A stretch of DNA of 64,000 nucleotides, from NCBI GenBank assembly GCA_002269645.1, contig NIVC01004018.1, forward strand, positions 256 through 64,255, read 5' to 3'. This DNA comes from Macrostomum lignano (taxonomy: Eukaryota). Of this stretch, positions 1 through 11,182 are shown one piece after another; position 1 is the stretch's first letter; every line of letters starts with the position of its first letter. The notes beneath the pieces were generated by a model. That model was given only the letters and a program-made list of their open reading frames with translations, was not told where the DNA came from and did not search any database. The translations under genes and the position numbers were made by a program.

Positions 1-144
1 TGCTTGCTGTCACCGAGTGCTCCATCGTCTGATTCATGCTTTCTGTATTTTTGCACAGTGGGGTTTTTCTTACAAAAAGAGCACACCTAAAGTTTTCTGC
101 TCTATAGTGAATAATGCAGGCGGTTCTGGCTGTTGCATATCACA

Positions 145-295
145 CTCATGAGGGCCAGCCCCTAAGACGCAGAGACTGTACATGCCTGACCGATTAGAAA
201 GTCAGGGCCGCTGTGCACCCTGTGTGAGCGTGCGCTTGTACTCGTATGCTTCGGCGAGCGCGCTTGATTTGGCGCGCGCTTGTATTGCTCAGAAT
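145..295 (+). mobile_element. SINE body fragment (same family as 58456-58816)
   Basis: gtacatgcctgaccgattagaaagtcagggccgctgtgcaccctgtgtgag...gcgcgcttgtattgctcag aligns by eye with the minus-strand body of the tRNA-headed SINE at 58456-58816 and with 59100-59200. Confidence 0.55.
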
Positions 296-683
296 TTCCT
301 CAGCGCTGTTTATAGGCCGATGGGACCTGCAAAGAGTAATTTTTTTCTTTCTCTTTAATTTTGCAATTACCAGGTAAATCGCGATCGAAAAATTAAAGAG
401 CGAAGTTTTATCAAGCTAAGGTGCACGGCAACATATCGTACATGAAATAACTGCATGTATTGTCCTTTCACATCCTATAAGCAAGAAGCTTCAAAGCTTG
501 ACTTATCCGGGTAGATAGAAATGGTAGTATTGAAGAAATGGTAGAAACCTGTAAATCTCTCCGTGTAAATTTACACGGAGAGATGCATGTATAGACAAAG
601 AGACAAAGGACAAAGGACCACTGTACCAACACAACAACAAAGAAACACACCGTCAGTTTCCAACATCAGCGTCACAAAAATAA

Positions 684-1085
684 GTGCGAGTGAGGCGTCA
701 ACCAGCAGGCAGTCGACGAAACGCCTGTTCTCGTCGGTACTGCAGTGACTGCAGCGTCAGCAGCCTACTACTGCGATGGCTCCGTTACTGTGGGGCCTCC
801 ACCAACGGCGGCTTCTCTGTGGTCATCTGCACTGTTGAGCCCTCCAGCCTCCGACTCTCACGACTATACGCTCTCATCTGCAGAGACTCTCAGTCACTGC
901 TCCGCGCGCTTCACAGCCCTACCCGTTGCCTCTTCAGGCCAAGCTCTCCCTCTTCCGTCTTGCCAGGTCACTCTGCTCTGGATCCCCGGGCACGCAGGCA
1001 TCCCGGACAACGAAGAAGCCGCCAGCACCAAGCAAGATCCTATAGCTGGGGCCTGGGCGCTGCACCACTCAACAACAACAACAGC
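684..1085 (+). pseudogene. Non-LTR retrotransposon 3' remnant: frameshifted RNase H domain followed by a (CAA)n tail
   Basis: RNase H motifs in different frames: YYCDGS, ICRDSQSLLRAL, VTLLWIPGHAGIPDNEEA; short aacaacaacaac tail at about 1070-1083. Confidence 0.7.
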
Positions 1086-1844
1086 TGCATGAAGCCGCCG
1101 AGGCCAGCATACCATCAGCGTTCGCGCGGTGATCGAAGCAACGCTGACAAAGTGACTCCTATATTAATTAAAGTTCCGTCTGATAGTGCGAATTGACTGT
1201 TCTAATAACTATATATAAAAATACTTGTATCTAATTAATCTTTGTATTTGCATATTCACGTGGGCTTGTTAACTAAATTATGCACAGTATAGTCTACTTA
1301 CTTCAGTAGCGGTAAATGTTACCAATCGCCCGGAGTGTAACCTACATGTATTTCGATTAATGCTATTAGAAGTTATTGAAATTCATCCTAAATACGAGTA
1401 CATATGAAATCGGTTCTGAAAAATTATCTGATAGCATTGGACACTTTACGCACTTTTGAAGCAAATGCCACGAATTTTGTTTAGCACCAAAATGCTTTTT
1501 GCAACCTGATATTATTTGTGAGCTGCTCAGCTAGCTCTATAGATTGTTTACGAAACAAAAGTTTCTTTGGTCTACGGGCTTCTAGTCCTTAAATCCAGCG
1601 GCTCAAATGTAACGTGTAGAGTATAGAAAGCTGCTCCCATTTAGTAGTGCAATTTGTATTTTTAAAGTTCACCAATGTTCTCACCTAGACAAATTAATGG
1701 ATGTACATGTATTGTCTATAACCGGATGTGTTTGAACGGATGTATGTCTAACCTGGTGTATGTCTAACCGGATGTACATTTGTGTCTAACCGGATGCATG
1801 TCTAGTCTGCAGCTAGGCTGCTTTGCTGACCCCCTGTGCCAGCG

Positions 1845-1880
1845 TCTGTTAATAATTATAATATTAGTAATACTAATAAT

Positions 1881-1911
<31 letters not shown>

Positions 1912-1973
1912 ATTATAATAATAATAATAATATTAATAATAATAATAATGATATTAATAATAATAATAATAAT

Positions 1974-2010
<37 letters not shown>

Positions 2011-2057
2011 TTAATAATAATAATAATAATAATATTAATAATAATAATAATAATAAT

Positions 2058-2088
<31 letters not shown>

Positions 2089-2110
2089 ATAATAATAATA
2101 ACAATAATAA
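1845..2110. repeat. (AAT)n microsatellite with periodic ATT interruptions
   Basis: Direct reading; it produces the poly-N/I/L ORF artefacts in the ORF track. Confidence 0.95.
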
Positions 2111-2710
2111 TGCCTAGTCTGATGTAAGCTAGTCTAATCAGGTCGAATTTTTGTCTAACCAGTAGATGTGGGTACATCTGTATCTCAACTGATGTGTATC
2201 TCGGAACGGAATTGCCTCACACAACTACTATGTACATTTATATTCAGCAACGGAGCAATTAGAGAGCAGGACCTAGCTACGCTCGTACATGTAAGCAGAT
2301 GATCATTGCTTTGCAATTTACCAAACTCAGAAGAAAAGACGATTGAAAAAATTAAACAAAGTTTCTCATTGTCAATGTTAGTGTGCGTCCATCTTACAGT
2401 GCAAAGATTATTAGTAACAAGAAAGCTGCAAAAATTGCTGACTCTTCTACACCGTGTTTTTGCAGACGGCATCGTCGCTGCTGATATAACGGTGAATCTC
2501 TGAATTTGAATCACCGTGGCGATCGGGCAGAGAAATCGAACCATGATCGAACCACGAAGAATGCTTATTCCGCACTCTTCCGCATGAAAATCGTATGCAG
2601 GGCAAAAAGATACACATTAAAGCCCACTGATATAATATTTATAACATAATAAAAGCCTACTGTAAAAAAGAATTTGCTAGCTAAATTATAATACCACGGT
2701 ATTGTTTTAT

Positions 2711-5700
2711 CAGTGGCGGATCCAGGATTTCTTAAGTGGGGTGGCGGATATGCGAGTACAGAAACTAGAAACTAAGTAATCCCAATCCATCTATCTTTCA
2801 TCTATGCTCAATACAAGATCTTGAGAGGATATATCAATTTTTGCATACATTTTAATGCCTAGAGTGGTGCAAATGACTCTGACACATGAGGGTAGTAGTA
2901 GAAGTTGGCTCGGGTCTCGGGAAGAACTAACCCGTTTTGGCCAATATTGACAATTATATTTAGTGAGTTATCAAGGCTTCATTTAAAAGAAAGTCAATGA
3001 CAATGTGAGAAGACCAACACTATAATATTTTAATTTGAAATTTGAATAGAATGTACGTGTTGCAGTGAGACGCGAATAAGCAATCGTTAGTAGCAAATAG
3101 AGCGTAGAAGAATGGAAATTGGAATTAACGAATTGGAATCACTTAATTGAAGCAGGCACGGCGATTGACATCCTTTGACAGAAACTTCTCCACAGTTGCA
3201 GATATTGTACTTGCAGTATTACAAATCATGTCCTTGTGGATGAAGGCCAATGCCAGTCCATTCAGCCGCTCTTCTCCCATGGTGCTGCGCAAGTAATTCT
3301 TTAGGAACTTCAGCGAAGAGAAGGATCTTTCTCCAGTGGCAGTGGAGACAGGCAGCGTTGCGTAAATGTTCAAGAGAGTGCTGATGTTGGGAAACAGGCT
3401 ATGGTCGCACTCCAAGATTGTCTTAGTCAAAGTTGTGGGCCATTTCTGTGGATCCTCCCTTTGCCAGAGTCGCATCCACTGGTTAAATTCTGCTTCAACC
3501 TCCTCTTGCTCCTGGCTTGGCAGAACTGAAGCAAAGTGCTGCATTGATGGCTTGAGCTGAATGAATGGATTTGCATGCTTCTTGGCTGTTGCTGGGATAA
3601 GGGCACTGAGTCCAGAAGCAACGTCAGAAAGGCGTGCAAATCGGTCTTGCAGGTTGACCAGTAGTCCATCCAAGAAGGGAACAAAGATTGTCAAACGCCA
3701 GTAGTCCTTGGGATCAGTAGTAGGAAGATTGGCACGATTCGTTTGACGCGCAACTCGCCTAGGAGGAGTCAAGTCGATTTCAATTGCCTCTGCAGTCTCT
3801 AGAATCTTCTCCCAGAGCTCACTGAACTTCTCTGCAGACTCTTCCCGCCACTTCTGCAGTTGCTCTTGCACATCCGCAATTAGAAACCTGGCGCTTAGCA
3901 AATCTATTGCACACTTCTGGAGAGCTTCTGCCAATCCCTTGGTGAGAGTCAAAGTTACATCCAGAACCACGATTGATACCAGAAACTCTGCGTCCATCGA
4001 ATTAAGCAGAGCTTTTGCATTTCTGGATGCTTCTGGGTTGGAATGCTCGCGAACTTCTTCAAGAGCTTGCACGATTGGTATCAGTAGATGTCTTGTTGTT
4101 AGAACCGCATCGTGTCTTTCAATCCAGCGAGTGTCGCATAGGTTCTTCACTCGACGGGTATTGGCCTGATGGTTCTGTGACTTCACTATGTCCTCCAGAC
4201 ACTTCACTCTCTGAGCAGAACTGTTGAAGAACTTCGCCAGCTCTTGGATGTTTCCCCACGTATTTCTGATGCCAGGGACTTCGCTGCTCTTGCTGATGAC
4301 CAGATTGAGTTGATGCGCAGCACAATGAATGTAGATGGCGATGGGGTGCTCTTCTCTGATTATTGCTTGAGCTCCCTTGAACTTGCCGCTCATCGCACTG
4401 GCACCATCAAATCCCAATCCCACCAGCCGCCCTTCCAAGGGAATGCCGAGAGTGACGAACTGGGACAGAATGTTCCTCGCAAGTCCCGCTCCAGTCATGT
4501 CCTCTGCAATGGTGAATCCCAGAAAGTCTTCACAAATTGCTCCATCAAACACATAGCGAACACATACTGTCAGCTGCTCCTTTGTGGCCTGGTCTGTTGT
4601 TTCATCAGCCAGGATGGACACAAACTGTGCATTGTTTATCCGCTCCTTCAGGCGGTCCAGAATCACTTCTCCAATGCACTCGATCAGCTCATTCTGAATC
4701 GTCTTGCTGGTGTACTTAGCGTTGCCGGGTCCAGAGCGCAGATGCTCCTCTAGCCTCTTGTCTCCTGTGTCCACCATTGCTCGCAGGATCTCTCGAAAGA
4801 GACCATCATTCTGGCCAGGTCGGTCGGCAGTCTCTAGCACACCATGATCGTCTCGGTGTCCCCTGAGAGCAGAGCCACTCCTTCCACAGACTAGGATGGC
4901 ACGCACAATGGAGCTGAGGATATGCCTGTTCTTTGCAATCTGCTCCTGCCTCTGTGTTGCCAATCGACTGTCAATGTGCTGTTCTGGCACCATTCGCTTG
5001 AACTCCTGTGCTCTCAGTACATTGTCTTTGTGGTAGTTGGTATGCTCGTGAGCGCAGAGATAGCCATCTGCTCCCAAGAGTCTTGCGTACTTTTGCAACG
5101 GCTCATGAACTAGTCTTCCCAATTGGTGACCTTGTTGCCCTTGCTGAGTACCAAATAGCACACAAACTTTGCAGAACAAGCCACTCTTTACATGTGAGTA
5201 TGCTAACCAGGGTTTGTCGGCTAGATGACTGTGCCTCAGGAATCTCTTTTCTATTTTGCCCTTTGTCTTTCGCTCTTCAAATGGCATTGGGTAGGAACTG
5301 GGGGGCTCCCACGTTTGCGTCAGGAAGGCTATCTTAGTGGCACTGTCAGCAGCAGGATCGAATAGACCTATGTCAAAGTCAGACAACTTGCTCACTTGTA
5401 CTTCATTGGCTTCTCTGGTATCTCCATTGAACTCGGCATCGCATTCAGAGGTGCCGGCTTCAGCTTCGTCTGAATTACGAGTACAAGTTGTAGCAAATTG
5501 TTCCGAAACAGCAACAGCAGAAGAACTAGGTCTCTCAGCAGTGGCAGCAGCAGCAGGAGCAGCAGAAGAAGAAATGAATCGGATCTCAGCAGCAGTAGAA
5601 GCAGCAGATAACTTTGCAGCAGCAGTGGCAGGACCAGGTGGTGTAACAAAAAAGTGCGTTAGCAATTTTTGTCGCTTTGCGTCACGCTCTAATGGAGAAG

Positions 5701-6521
5701 ATGCTCGCTTCATTCTTCGTGATTGTGCATCATATGTTAAGACTTGCCAAATGGATTTTACGGACTTCAAGTTCAATTGGTGTTGAGTGTAGACAGATAG
5801 CCGGGACTGGCTCAAACTATTTGTCCTTTGTAGCAGGCTGTTAAGCTTTCGCTGGTTTTCGCAAGACGCATTGACGCAATGTACATTGCTCTCAAGTCTG
5901 AACCCCAAAATGGGGGAGGAAAAGCCTTTCAACCCCTTTTCATTCCATTCCCCCACCCCAAGTCTCTCTCAGAGTCTCAGTGTCTCTCTCACCCACAGAC
6001 CAAGAAATATAACTAGACTGCGCATGAGGGTAAAAAAAGTTGTGCCTTTTTCCTAGTAGGAAAAGTGGCACCCCAGCGCCCACTCCCCCACGATCGATAA
6101 TTGTGCCCGGGCCTTTCTTCTTACCCTCAGCCAACTCAGCTTGTCGGGGTCTCTTTTTTTTCCACTGTCATTTGGTCAAAAACAAGCCCAAGCAAGAAAT
6201 GCGGGATGCGCAGTCTAGTTATATTTCTTTTCTTGGTCTGTGCTCTCACCCTACTCTTACTATCATAACTTAACTTAGCTTCTCTCTTGCCAATGGTTTG
6301 GCTAGAAATAAATAAAACCGAACCGACAATGTTCCATGGGATGCAATTCCATTCCAAGGAAAAGCAGACAGACCATAGAAGCAATGGAAATATAATGAAG
6401 AACTTGGACTTTGTGGGTTGAGGAGCCCAAAATTAAAATATCTCCCTTCCATGCAAGTCCAGCCACGGCGAAAGTGGGGGGCGGCCGCCCCCCCCCCCCC
6501 CCCCCCCTGGATCCGCCACTG
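2711..6521 (-). mobile_element. Intact autonomous hAT DNA transposon (3811 bp)
   Basis: Identical 16-bp TIRs CAGTGGCGGATCCAGG (2711-2726; 6506-6521); perfect 8-bp TSD TGTTTTAT (2703-2710; 6522-6529); uninterrupted transposase ORF. Confidence 0.95.
3143..5713 (-). CDS. hAT transposase of the ZMYM1/PRKRIR(THAP12)-like group, about 856 aa from the probable ATG at 5713 (the open frame extends to 5956)
   Basis: TTF-type Zn finger (WLAYS..SGLFCKVC), DUF4371-like region, DDE residues (ILADETTD, GFDGA, GERSFS), CxxH (HCAAH), C-terminal dimerisation motif LPVSTATGERSFSSLKFLKNYLRSTMGEERLNGLAL. Confidence 0.92.
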   Translation of the reverse strand: MKRASSPLERDAKRQKLLTHFFVTPPGPATAAAKLSAASTAAEIRFISSSAAPAAAATAERPSSSAVAVSEQFATTCTRNSDEAEAGTSECDAEFNGDTREANEVQVSKLSDFDIGLFDPAADSATKIAFLTQTWEPPSSYPMPFEERKTKGKIEKRFLRHSHLADKPWLAYSHVKSGLFCKVCVLFGTQQGQQGHQLGRLVHEPLQKYARLLGADGYLCAHEHTNYHKDNVLRAQEFKRMVPEQHIDSRLATQRQEQIAKNRHILSSIVRAILVCGRSGSALRGHRDDHGVLETADRPGQNDGLFREILRAMVDTGDKRLEEHLRSGPGNAKYTSKTIQNELIECIGEVILDRLKERINNAQFVSILADETTDQATKEQLTVCVRYVFDGAICEDFLGFTIAEDMTGAGLARNILSQFVTLGIPLEGRLVGLGFDGASAMSGKFKGAQAIIREEHPIAIYIHCAAHQLNLVISKSSEVPGIRNTWGNIQELAKFFNSSAQRVKCLEDIVKSQNHQANTRRVKNLCDTRWIERHDAVLTTRHLLIPIVQALEEVREHSNPEASRNAKALLNSMDAEFLVSIVVLDVTLTLTKGLAEALQKCAIDLLSARFLIADVQEQLQKWREESAEKFSELWEKILETAEAIEIDLTPPRRVARQTNRANLPTTDPKDYWRLTIFVPFLDGLLVNLQDRFARLSDVASGLSALIPATAKKHANPFIQLKPSMQHFASVLPSQEQEEVEAEFNQWMRLWQREDPQKWPTTLTKTILECDHSLFPNISTLLNIYATLPVSTATGERSFSSLKFLKNYLRSTMGEERLNGLALAFIHKDMICNTASTISATVEKFLSKDVNRRACFN

Positions 6522-6757
6522 TGTTTTATACATAATAACCTAGGCGCACTTTCGGAATTTTTTAATTTTTAACTGATTTTAACAAAACTTAAAACTTTTT
6601 TGCTTTCTTAACACACTTTAGGCCATTATTTTCCTAACGTGGGCATTACCACTACTAATTTCAGACTCAAGCTACCTTACGACGAGTACATTATGAAGCA
6701 GTTTTGAAGGAATTTAAAAAATTGTCTTTTCCATGAAAGTGCTTTTGTTTTAGCCGA

Positions 6758-6902
6758 CCCGCCGGGAAATTTGAGGGTTGTGTGACCTTTCTGTGTGAGC
6801 TTTTTAAGCGCACACATTAAAACTTTACTCAGGAATCACATCGCATGAATGACACACAAGCTCACACAGAAAGCTTACACGGCCGTCAAATTTCCCGCTG
6901 GG
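6758..6902. mobile_element. 145-bp MITE with CCC...GGG termini (CMC/EnSpm-like)
   Basis: About 45-bp imperfect TIRs (CCC[GC/AG]CGGGAAATTTGA...CTTTCTGTGTGAGCTT); flanking dinucleotide GA on both sides as a 2-bp TSD. Confidence 0.65.
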
Positions 6903-8029
6903 GAGTTAGTCTCACCACAGGTTAGGCCTATTATAATGCAATAATTGATGGCTTTAGATTTTCCAACCGGCTAGTTAGGCCTTGACTTTATCCAATGAAT
7001 GTAGAGTCTTGTAATTGTATAGGCCTACAGAAAATAAAATTCTGGAGTCTAGTCACATTACATGATTTGCATCTTCATCACTGTCACTGGTGCACAATTC
7101 TACGAGTAACGAGTACCTTTAAGTCCTTTAACCAACAGGGCAATGGCTATAACTCTATAAATAGGGCCTATAAATAAGTATAACTATAAGTAAGTAACTA
7201 TATCTATAATTATTACCTTGACACTATTCTCGTCAATGATTAAAACTATAGATGTATAGTCATATAGGCCTAACCTGGCCTATGACTATGTTGCGGTCCG
7301 TGTTTTTACCGAGACGGGCCGAGACGGACCGAGACGGAGCCGAGACGGACCGAGACGGAGCCGAGACGGACCGAGACGGAGCCGAGACGGACCGAGACGG
7401 ACTACAGGGAGTGTGTTTTTACCGAGACGGAGCCGAGACGGGACCGAGACGGACTACGAGTCCGCGTAATTAACGAGACGGGCCAAGTGGTGCGTTAGAG
7501 CACTCCACAATGAGGTACACAATGGGTGCGTCCGAGCACTCTATAAAAATATTTAGTTAGGTTTCATTTGATTTATTGTGTTTATTTAATAGCGCAGAAA
7601 TTGTAATAATAGTAAAATAGAAATTGTATTGCAAATAAACATTACTTACAGTACGAGCGTACATGTATCTACGCTCGTATATAAAACGCTAAATATACCA
7701 CTTTCGATTTTTGTTTTACTGCTGGAGCTACAATGAACCGTTGTAGCCATTGCAGCTCATTGTCGAGTGCTCAAACGCATCCAAGGCGAATGCTTTCGAA
7801 TCCCCCACGGAGAAAGTTCATGAAATCATACACATGCATGTACATGTAACAAGATCTTCTAATTGTTTTGCATTTTATACACATTTCGATTTTTTCAGTG
7901 ATGGTTTCGGCCTATTTAAGCCTGTAGCTTCGAGCCTCAGAGCCCAGAAATGAATCTCTGTAGAGTATCATATTAAATGCTACTGTAAGACTACCGTAAA
8001 CAGCGTATAGCAAAACTATGATGGAAGAC

Positions 8030-8150
8030 GAATCATGTTGCGACTTATGATGAAATATGAATCATGATTACAACTTATGACGAAATATGAATAATGATTA
8101 CAACTTTGATGAAATATGAATCATGATTGCAACTTATGATGAAGTGTGAG
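8030..8150. repeat. About 30-bp tandem repeat, roughly 4 copies
   Basis: gaatcatgattacaacttatgatgaaatat-like units. Confidence 0.75.
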
Positions 8151-8329
8151 TCATGTTACCAATAATTATATAATATATATCAAAATTTGTCTATAAATAC
8201 AAACGAAAAATCCGAGCTGAAATCTCAGACTCGGAGCAGCCTCAAAGATATATCTTGTGGTTTGTCAGAGCAGCTAATCGAGGCTATATCTCTGGAGATA
8301 ATATTATCAATTGATAAGCGTTGCTCAAG

Positions 8330-8830
8330 TCTTCGTTATTTTGATTAATTGAGAGCGATTTTATTGCCGGCCGTTCTGTCCAATTGGACTCCAGCACTCG
8401 AGGTCAAGAAAGCCTCTCACCCGACCAATCAGAGAACCTAACTGCTGGCCGGTAGCCAAGGATCCACAGAGACCGAAACGCCCGGACGGAATGCTAATTC
8501 TGATCTCGCTGATGAGCGCTGCTGTTGCTCTCACTTGCCGGATGCTGCTGCTGCTCTTAAATGTAGATGGAGACAGGGACGCCGCTGACGCTGTTGATTA
8601 GGGAGACTTAGCCATTGAAGCCGAAGCTGACGGGGCACGAAGACTAATGTTGACGGGGGGTTGGTGGTTCCCAGAGCCAGCACAGATCAAAAAGCGGTCA
8701 AAACGCGGGCTGACGTCGAGAGGGGCGAGCCTTTTATAGGAATTCTGCGATTGATTTGTTATAAACGCGCTAAATTTTGCGATATGACAGGCCGATGCTG
8801 ACTAGGTTTGTTCTGATTGTTCGAGGTCGA
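8330..8830 (-). repeat. Promoter-bearing dispersed repeat (family A), possibly LTR-like; diverged copy at 59790-60260
   Basis: 8411-8480 is the reverse-complement homolog of 60155-60220; on the minus strand an ATAACAAAT motif precedes CCTATAAAAGG (8730-8740). Confidence 0.5.
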
Positions 8831-9097
8831 GACCCCTCAAACCTTACCTGGCCAGGAGGCCCTCCAGACCCCAGGGTCTTTTTCCTTTCTCCCTGGGGTT
8901 TTCTCCTGGGAATTTTCCTCTTTTGTTAAAGGTCAAGTGTCGTGTGCGTTAGTGGTCATTACAAAGAATTTTTTTATCGCATTCTTCTCTCGCACATGGG
9001 CTCTGTACAATTAGTCTACTGTCAGTATACATATAGTAGTGATGGGCTCTTTTTGTACTTTGTTCTGTTATGGAAATGCGATCAAGTCCCAGCAGTG

Positions 9098-9960
9098 TGT
9101 AGAGTGTTCTGCCTCCCGCAAAAACAGAAAAAAGAAGATAATCGTATAATACTACTATAAGTAAGTAAGTACACGCATGTGCGCCTAAGCTTTGAATGAA
9201 TCACGCTACCAGGAAAAGATGTTACCAGAATAATACGCCATGAGCCATTTTCCCCTTTTAGCGCAACACGTGAATTGTAATGATGCTATTTTGGAGCAAA
9301 AAGTTGCCTATAAATACAAGCGATCTGAAGCGGTACCGGAGTCATACTCCCCACGGAAGAGGAGCGCTCCGAAGAGGAAGCCTTAGGAGGACTTCCTGAT
9401 CTACCAAGTCAATCGAGACTCGGTCGAGTTGTTGCGGTAAGCCTTCCTTATTTGCGCCCGTTGTGTTAGAGACGTCTCGCTCAAGTCTATTGAGACTCGA
9501 GTCTATTTGAGTCTGTTGAGACTCTTGAGTCTGTTTAGACTCCATTGGTTGCAGTCTCCAGAAGGACTGCCCCTGATAGATCTTAGAGGACTATCAGTGG
9601 TTTCCGGAGCTATACCTAGAGTGCATAGAGGCACTGCTAGAAGAAGGAGGCTTAATTTAGACGCAGTTTGGCGCAGGGTACCCATTGTTGCTACGAGGCC
9701 TCTGATTGGTCCTGACGGAAGATACCGGCCGGAAGAACTTATCGGAAGTACAAGAGGAACCAGGACCAGAGCAACTGAAGAATCAAGGCGCCTGATCTAC
9801 GAGATCTACTGACGAGTTCCTAGCGAGAACTACTCAAGAAATTCAAATCCGGATTAAAGGTAATTGAATACCTTCGTTTGACTTACTGGGTTGCCTAGCT
9901 GTTGAGCTAGAAGTGAGTGTTCTTTGATTACCAAAAGGGCGGGTAATAAGGAACACATCA
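9098..9960 (+). mobile_element. Solo LTR (863 bp)
   Basis: TG...CA termini, 4-bp TSD AGTG (9094-9097; 9961-9964); the empty site is visible in the family-B copy at about 60818; TATA-like ctataaata at about 9308. Confidence 0.8.
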
Positions 9961-10165
9961 AGTGTCCCTTATCATCGGCTATGACTACGAGATTGACAGC
10001 AAAAAGACACTGATGTCAGGTAAGTGCAAAGCCCCCTCTAGTCAGAAGCCCGATTTCGAAAAGCTCCGGTTTGGTGAGCCGGTGGCGGCGGGTTAGCTAA
10101 TCTCTACCTTCAAAATTCTCCCTGCTTGTCTCTCGCTGTCCCTCTCTTAGCTATAGGACCTAGAC

Positions 10166-10964
10166 CATAGATTTTATATTCCCTAGATAGGCCACCAGTG
10201 GCGTAGGGAGGGGGGATAGGGGGGATGTATCCCCCCGAAGAGCCTGACCAAAACTTTTTTTGCCCTTTGTTGCTATACATGCTACCATGTGAGCACTTTT
10301 ACTTTGGTGTATCCCCCGTAGAAAATTCAACTTGGTGTATTCCCCCCGTAGGAAATTCCTGGCTAGCCGGCTACGCCCCTATAGGCCACTCTCTATCAAA
10401 ACAATGTTAAAATTTGGTACCGAAAAAAGCAAGTATGATCCGGACATTGACTTGAGAACTGTCAGAGAGCTCACCATCATAACTAGTACTGCTTGTCCTC
10501 ATCAGCTGCCAAAGGAACAAGTACGAGTGGTTCGGAAGTTGATAGTTCTACCAATGAGGCAGCCTGCATTGTTACGGAGACATTGATAGAAGAAACCTGA
10601 TACAGGTGACGTTTCGTTTCTGCCTGCTTGCCTTCTACACTGCCTGCTTGCCTGTTTGAATCCGATTCTTTAATGCTGCTTTCTGTTTCGTGCCTGTCTT
10701 TTGTTTCTGCCTGCTTGCCTTCTACACGCGTTGTTAATTTGTTAATTTGTTTGTCTGAACAGTTTTACAATCCAGGGGACTGCGATGGGACACAAAACGT
10801 GCAAAATATATTCAAATTTTCTCAATCAGGCAATAATGGCACAAAAAATGCATCCACGTATCGCCCAAGCTACTGAACTTAAACTATAAGTAGACGAAAT
10901 ACACTGGGTCTATGGGCGCGCCCAAGTACACAGAGTGGTCCATCTAGGGAATATAAGATCTATG
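10166..10964. mobile_element. hAT-type MITE with CATAG termini
   Basis: About 30-bp TIRs CATAGAT[T/C]TTATATTCCCTAGAT[A/G]G[G/A]CCAC; 8-bp TSD ACCTAGAC (10158-10165; 10965-10972); empty site in the family-B copy at about 61055. Confidence 0.88.
10196..10381. mobile_element. 186-bp hAT-type MITE nested in the left TIR region of the 10166-10964 MITE
   Basis: Termini CAGTGGCGTAG / CTACGCCCCTA; 8-bp TSD TAGGCCAC (10188-10195; 10382-10389). Confidence 0.8.
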
Positions 10965-11182
10965 ACCTAGACTGCTCGCTCACAGATCAAGCTACATGTA
11001 CCTTGGGGCTGGCTGGGGGCTGTTGCCCCCAGGACCCCGGGTCCTGCACACAATGTCGTGGTGAGCTATCTGTGCAGTATGAGACTGGTATGGCCTTTAT
11101 CCCAGTCAGCGATGCTCACACCTGCCTCCCCTGGCGGGCTGATAGCTCAAGAGACTCTGTCTCCTGAATTTCACCTTGCAAG

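Larger units (their letters stand above)
9075..11008 (+). repeat. Dispersed repeat (family B) split by two nested insertions; uninterrupted copy at 60799-61090
   Basis: atgcgatcaagtcccagcagtg (9076-9097), agtgtccctt...ggacctagac (9961-10165) and acctagactgctcgc..cagatcaagctac (10965-10995) are collinear with 60799-61085 at high identity. Confidence 0.85.

Noticed and set aside
5714-5956. 81-aa N-terminal extension of the hAT transposase
   Set aside because: It has no recognisable motifs; MKRASS...KRQKLLTHFF at 5713 looks like a typical NLS-bearing hAT start (not proven)
9507-9812. 101-aa ORF inside the solo LTR
   Set aside because: It starts at TTG, has no recognisable domain and lies in LTR sequence
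9809-9835. Hammerhead-like CUGACGA plus GUUC/GAAC stem
   Set aside because: The required GAAA after stem II is absent
11104-11145. Second HDV-like core (GCC-UCCCCU-GGC)
   Set aside because: The loop lacks the conserved G, there is no proper P1.1, and no J4/2 plus P2 in register
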